A stretch of DNA of 64,000 nucleotides from an uncultured delta proteobacterium (GTDB taxonomy: Bacteria > Desulfobacterota > Desulfomonilia > UBA1062). The stretch spans positions 64,001-128,000 of the forward strand of contig CAWCTR010000008.1 of the NCBI GenBank assembly GCA_963798485.1. The letters run 5' to 3'. Below, piece after piece: positions 61,541 through 64,000 of the stretch. Each line of letters opens with the position of its first letter. Positions within the stretch are counted from its first letter, which is position 1. Below the pieces are notes generated by a model. The model was not told the DNA's origin and made no database searches. It was given only the letters and a program-made list of their open reading frames with translations. The position numbers and the translations under genes are program-made.

Positions 61541-62092
61541 GTGTCAAATGCTCTGACTGAAGACATCAACCTGATCATCCGTTTCAAGGATGGGGACCTT
61601 TCAGCATTCGAGGAGCTTGTCCGGAAGAACGAGGACAGGATATACAACCTCTGCCGCTACATGCTTCGCGATATATCCGATGCACAGGATGCAGCACAGG
61701 ACACCTTCATAAAAGCCTACAAGGGCCTGAAAGACTTCCACCCCGAGGCATCTCTCTCCACATGGCTTTACCGGATCGCAGTAAACACCTGCCTTGATCA
61801 CAGAAAGAAATACCGCCGTGATCCATTGAACGGGGAGATCCTGTCAGAAGACCTGCAGTCACCCGAGCCCTCACCTGAGGGCCGTTATCACGAGAAAAAG
61901 AGCACAGAAGAATTACGTGCAGCGCTCCGGAATCTTCCTGAAAAGCTCAGATCGGCAATTGTCCTAAGGGAGGTCGAAGGGCTCTCTTATGAAGAGATCG
62001 CCGTGGTTCTCGATAGCTCCGTGGGTACAGTGAAATCGAGGATAGCACGGGCACGTGATGAGCTGAGGGTTATTTTCCACGGAAAACGGTAA
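61541..62092 (+). CDS. ECF sigma factor
   Basis: DAQDAAQDTF, WLYRIAVN, GLSYEEIA...GTVKSRIARAR. Confidence 0.92.
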   Translation: MSNALTEDINLIIRFKDGDLSAFEELVRKNEDRIYNLCRYMLRDISDAQDAAQDTFIKAYKGLKDFHPEASLSTWLYRIAVNTCLDHRKKYRRDPLNGEILSEDLQSPEPSPEGRYHEKKSTEELRAALRNLPEKLRSAIVLREVEGLSYEEIAVVLDSSVGTVKSRIARARDELRVIFHGKR

Positions 62093-62110
62093 GCTAAAAA
62101 TAATTTTCAC

Positions 62111-62135
62111 GGAACAAATTATCTCCTCGCTCGTT
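62111..62135 (+). promoter_or_regulatory. ECF-type promoter upstream of the TolC-family gene
   Basis: GGAAC-N16-CGTT. Confidence 0.55.
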
Positions 62136-62177
62136 TAATCATATGAAACAGGATGAACAATAGAGAGGAGAAAGTTC

Positions 62178-63530
62178 ATGCGTTCCACGTCAAAAGGCAT
62201 TGGTTATATTGTTTGTGTCGTCTGCGCTTTCCTTATTCTTCTCTCGGATGAATCCGTAGGAGCGCAGGAGGTAAACTACCAGGCACTTTCCCTGGAAGAC
62301 TGTCTGGCCCTTGCTCAGCAGAATAACCCGATTCTCGGCGCAAGCAGGGAGAAGGTCCGGGAACTGGAGGCCGACTATCAGGCGGCACGGTCGAAGTTCT
62401 TCCCGAGGCTGGCCTTGTCGTCTTACTTTGAACGGCTTGCCCCGGGCCGTCTGTCACCTGGCGGAGCTTCTGCAAACGTACCATTGTTTGGCCTTGAAAC
62501 ATTCGGTGGTATTTCCGGCAAGCAGATCCTGTTTGACGGGATGAAAACTTATTATAACTCTCAGGCTGCCGAGCTTGGGACCCAGGCGCAGAAGCAGGAA
62601 GTCCAAAGAACCTCGGACGAGGTGACCTTTACGGTGACCGAGGCCTATTGTCGTCTGATGGAGGCCAAAGAGGATGTGAAGGTTGCCGGGGATGCCTTGA
62701 AGCAACGACAGGATTTTGCACTACTTACCCGGGCTTTTTTCAAAGCCGGTAAAGTGACCCATCTTGATTCCTTGCGAGCTCAGTCGCAGGTTGCTGATGC
62801 AGAGCAGGCAAATGTCGAGGCGGAAAACGCAGTCCGCATCGCTCGGGAAATCCTGATCCGGGTCCTGGGGCTCAAAGAGCACGTGGAAGTGGATATCCAG
62901 GGGCAATTGCCCCAGCAGGCGGTTCAGGCCGGGAACGTCGAAAACTTGTGGCAGGAGGCTTTACAACACAATCCTGAAATCAAGTCGCTCGATCTGGAAA
63001 TAGAGCAAAGCCGGACCTCGGTTAAAGCAGCACAAGGCGGGTATTTCCCGGAGCTCAGCCTGCAGGGAAGCACTGGGGTGCGCCACCGGGACATCGGCGG
63101 CTCCGAGCCGGAATGGCTGGCCGGAGTTTTTGTGGATTATCCCCTTTTTGAAGGAGGCGTGACCAAGGCCCAGATAGCCAAGGCTTCCTCCCAGAACCTG
63201 CAGCTTCTGGAGAAAAAAAGGGACCGGCTTGGCAGCCTCAAGGTGGACCTCGCAGCAGCATGGAAGGATCAGGAGACTGCCCGCCAGGGAATGATTGCTA
63301 CCAGGCAGATTGTGACAGCGAATGAAGAGGCTTATGCGAGCGCAGAGAGTCTCTATCGATACGGCAAGGTAACCGGCCTCGATGTGCTTCAGGCCCAGGT
63401 TGATCTGACCACATCGCGTTTCAGGATGATACAATACCATGTTTCTTACAAAATTGCCCTTGCACGGATCAAACAGATCATAGGCTCCGGTCCTTCGGTC
63501 CCTTCCCAACAAAGTCATATCGGGGGTTAA
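62178..63530 (+). CDS. TolC-family outer membrane efflux protein
   Basis: Signal peptide, two OEP repeats, YFPELSL, PLFEGG, LDVLQAQ. Confidence 0.92.
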   Translation: MRSTSKGIGYIVCVVCAFLILLSDESVGAQEVNYQALSLEDCLALAQQNNPILGASREKVRELEADYQAARSKFFPRLALSSYFERLAPGRLSPGGASANVPLFGLETFGGISGKQILFDGMKTYYNSQAAELGTQAQKQEVQRTSDEVTFTVTEAYCRLMEAKEDVKVAGDALKQRQDFALLTRAFFKAGKVTHLDSLRAQSQVADAEQANVEAENAVRIAREILIRVLGLKEHVEVDIQGQLPQQAVQAGNVENLWQEALQHNPEIKSLDLEIEQSRTSVKAAQGGYFPELSLQGSTGVRHRDIGGSEPEWLAGVFVDYPLFEGGVTKAQIAKASSQNLQLLEKKRDRLGSLKVDLAAAWKDQETARQGMIATRQIVTANEEAYASAESLYRYGKVTGLDVLQAQVDLTTSRFRMIQYHVSYKIALARIKQIIGSGPSVPSQQSHIGG

Positions 63531-63534
63531 AATA

Positions 63535-64000
63535 ATGAGATTACCAAGGAGGAATAAATCCATAGGGATTGCCATAGGGGTCGCATTACTGGTTTTGCTG
63601 GGATATCGTTTTTTCTGGTATCGTCCGCCGGTGGCAGTAGTAACTGTCGATATGGCAGAGATTCACGGGAAAGTCCACGGACCGGGAACGGTTCAATCCA
63701 GGGTGTCCGTGACAGTAAGCACAAAAATTACCGGTATCCTTGAGAAACTTCATGCAGATCAGGGCGACAGGGTGCAAAAAGGTCAACTCCTAGCTGTACT
63801 TGATGCTGTGGAACTGAAAGCACGGAAAGAAGCGGCCAATGCAGCCAAAGGCCGGACGGAACGTGATCTGGCAAAGGCCCGGGCTGATTTGATAAGGACC
63901 CAGGCCAACTTGAGCCTGGCGCAAAGCAATTATCGCAGGGATCTGGAGGTATTTAAACCCGGTTATATCTCCCAGGCCGCCTTCGACACCACAAAAGCAG
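63535..64000 (+). CDS. efflux periplasmic adaptor (MFP), partial
   Basis: Manual translation MRLPRRNK...VSTKITGILEKLHADQGDRVQKGQLLAVLD (lipoyl-like motif) followed by a coiled coil; runs off the window end. Confidence 0.85.
   Translation, partial: MRLPRRNKSIGIAIGVALLVLLGYRFFWYRPPVAVVTVDMAEIHGKVHGPGTVQSRVSVTVSTKITGILEKLHADQGDRVQKGQLLAVLDAVELKARKEAANAAKGRTERDLAKARADLIRTQANLSLAQSNYRRDLEVFKPGYISQAAFDTTKA

Noticed and set aside
1-64000. CRISPR array, rRNA or tRNA genes
   Set aside because: I saw no regularly spaced repeat-spacer array, rRNA-like tract or full cloverleaf; the only tRNA-like ends belong to tmRNA.

Overview
A 64-kb bacterial chromosomal window. Gene content (ahb heme genes, DUF4388/PATAN proteins, multi-PAS kinase, FmdE-like protein, tmRNA tag ADDYNYAMAA) suggests an anaerobic Thermodesulfobacteriota/deltaproteobacterium; this is inference. 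Three zones: (1) 1-27.9 kb, accessory and partly decayed: two c-type cytochrome genes missed by the ORF track, acyl-CoA synthetase, PAS kinase, PilZ protein, AT-rich enzyme cluster, parD with truncated parE, a frameshifted MalT-like/BTAD activator, an operon joining a TatT (TPAT-type) lipoprotein and a small Gly-rich beta protein to a Dpp/Opp ABC importer, and an ilvD relic. (2) 28-52.6 kb, core envelope and cofactor genes: asmA-like, arn L-Ara4N cluster with split arnA and two arnT, hemB-ahbD-ahbA, manC, accD-folC-lptD, a Roadblock/PATAN/HAMP/response-regulator operon, gmhA, ssrA. (3) 52.6-64 kb, tandem islands at ssrA: a 1.9-kb integrase-less element bounded by a 19-bp att duplication and carrying a two-gene nucleotidyltransferase module with a doubled palindromic operator, then an integrase, an AbiE type IV TA pair and metal/oxyanion cargo. 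Best novelty candidates: the TatT-ABC importer, the ssrA mini-island TA-like module, and nested palindromic elements in frame within a solute-binding protein gene. All calls come from motif recognition by eye; no searches were run.
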